A stretch of 51,427 nt of DNA from Gammaproteobacteria bacterium. Its GTDB lineage: Bacteria > Pseudomonadota > Gammaproteobacteria > Arenicellales > Poriferihabitantaceae. The notes beneath the pieces are model-generated. The model searched no databases. It was not told the origin of the DNA and saw nothing but the letters and a program-made list of their open reading frames with translations. The DNA lies in the NCBI GenBank assembly GCA_011088265.1, contig JAALKB010000006.1, forward strand, positions 1 to 51,427, written 5' to 3'. Shown piece after piece: positions 51,131-51,427 of the stretch (position 1 is its first letter; every line of letters begins with the position of its first letter). The position numbers and the translations under genes are program-made.

Positions 51131-51427
51131 AAATAGCATTAAAAAATGGTCGACTGGTTGACCCCGCCAATGGTCTCAACGGAAGCCATGATTTGTTCAT
51201 TGACAATGGAAAAATTGTAGCTTTGAATCATCAACCGGAGGGTTTTCGGCCTGATAAGGAAATTAACGCTAGCGGGCTTCACATTATTCCTGGAATCATT
51301 GATCTTTGTGCACGCCTGAGGGAACCCGGTGAAGAGCACAAAGCCACTATCGCTAGTGAAACCGCCGCAGCAGCAAGTGGTGGCATCACCCGAATGGTGT
51401 ACCCCCCCCCCCCCCCACCCCCCCGGT
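51127..51427 (+). CDS. pyrX: Dihydroorotase-like PyrC' (non-catalytic ATCase partner), 3'-truncated
   Basis: [16 protein letters not shown]...[35 protein letters not shown]. The Zn-binding HxH is replaced by CAR, as in Pseudomonas-type PyrC'. It is coupled to pyrB (ATGA) and runs into a poly-C tract at the window end. Confidence 0.88.
   Translation, partial: MKIALKNGRLVDPANGLNGSHDLFIDNGKIVALNHQPEGFRPDKEINASGLHIIPGIIDLCARLREPGEEHKATIASETAAAASGGITRMVYPPPPPPPR

Noticed and set aside
51402-51424. Poly-C tract as a phase-variation or proline-rich coding feature in pyrC'
   Set aside because: It lies at the extreme end of the sequence where a P-P-D-T-x-P-like motif is expected, so it is most likely a low-quality read or contig-end artifact.
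51127-51427. Loss of the HxH zinc ligands in the dihydroorotase as a novelty or pseudogene sign
   Set aside because: This is the established non-catalytic PyrC' subunit of Pseudomonas-type aspartate transcarbamoylase.

Overview
Chromosomal segment of a gammaproteobacterium (about mid-40s % GC by eye), with no phage, IS, integrase or CRISPR array seen. Left part: a partial DUF3482-like gene, pilT, yggS-proC-yggT, ampG, pyrE, a P-II gene and the classic recA-recX-alaS-lysC-csrA-tRNA-Ser-tRNA-Arg block. Middle part: a SAM methyltransferase, an acetylpolyamine amidohydrolase and a histamine-dehydrogenase-like flavoprotein, an unknown Lys-tailed coiled-coil protein, then a co-oriented C1/central-carbon run (pyk, sucCD, NAD-dependent formate dehydrogenase, fhs, malyl-CoA lyase), a PLP gamma-lyase, pgk, tkt and an IMPase. 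Right part: a reduced Pil-Chp chemosensory operon (pilG-pilI-pilJ-chpA-chpC) and yqgE-ruvX-pyrR-pyrB-pyrC'. The best candidates for undescribed biology are the deacetylase plus amine-dehydrogenase module, the formate/malyl-CoA module, a GGA-rich candidate Csr sRNA and the orphan coiled-coil protein. The window also shows many micro-tandem duplications, substitutions at normally invariant residues, an amber codon in pyrB, a frameshift in yqgE and non-coding gaps where neighbouring genes are usually found. These may reflect real genome erosion or low-quality sequence (the window ends in a poly-C run). All family assignments come from motif recognition by eye, not from database searches.
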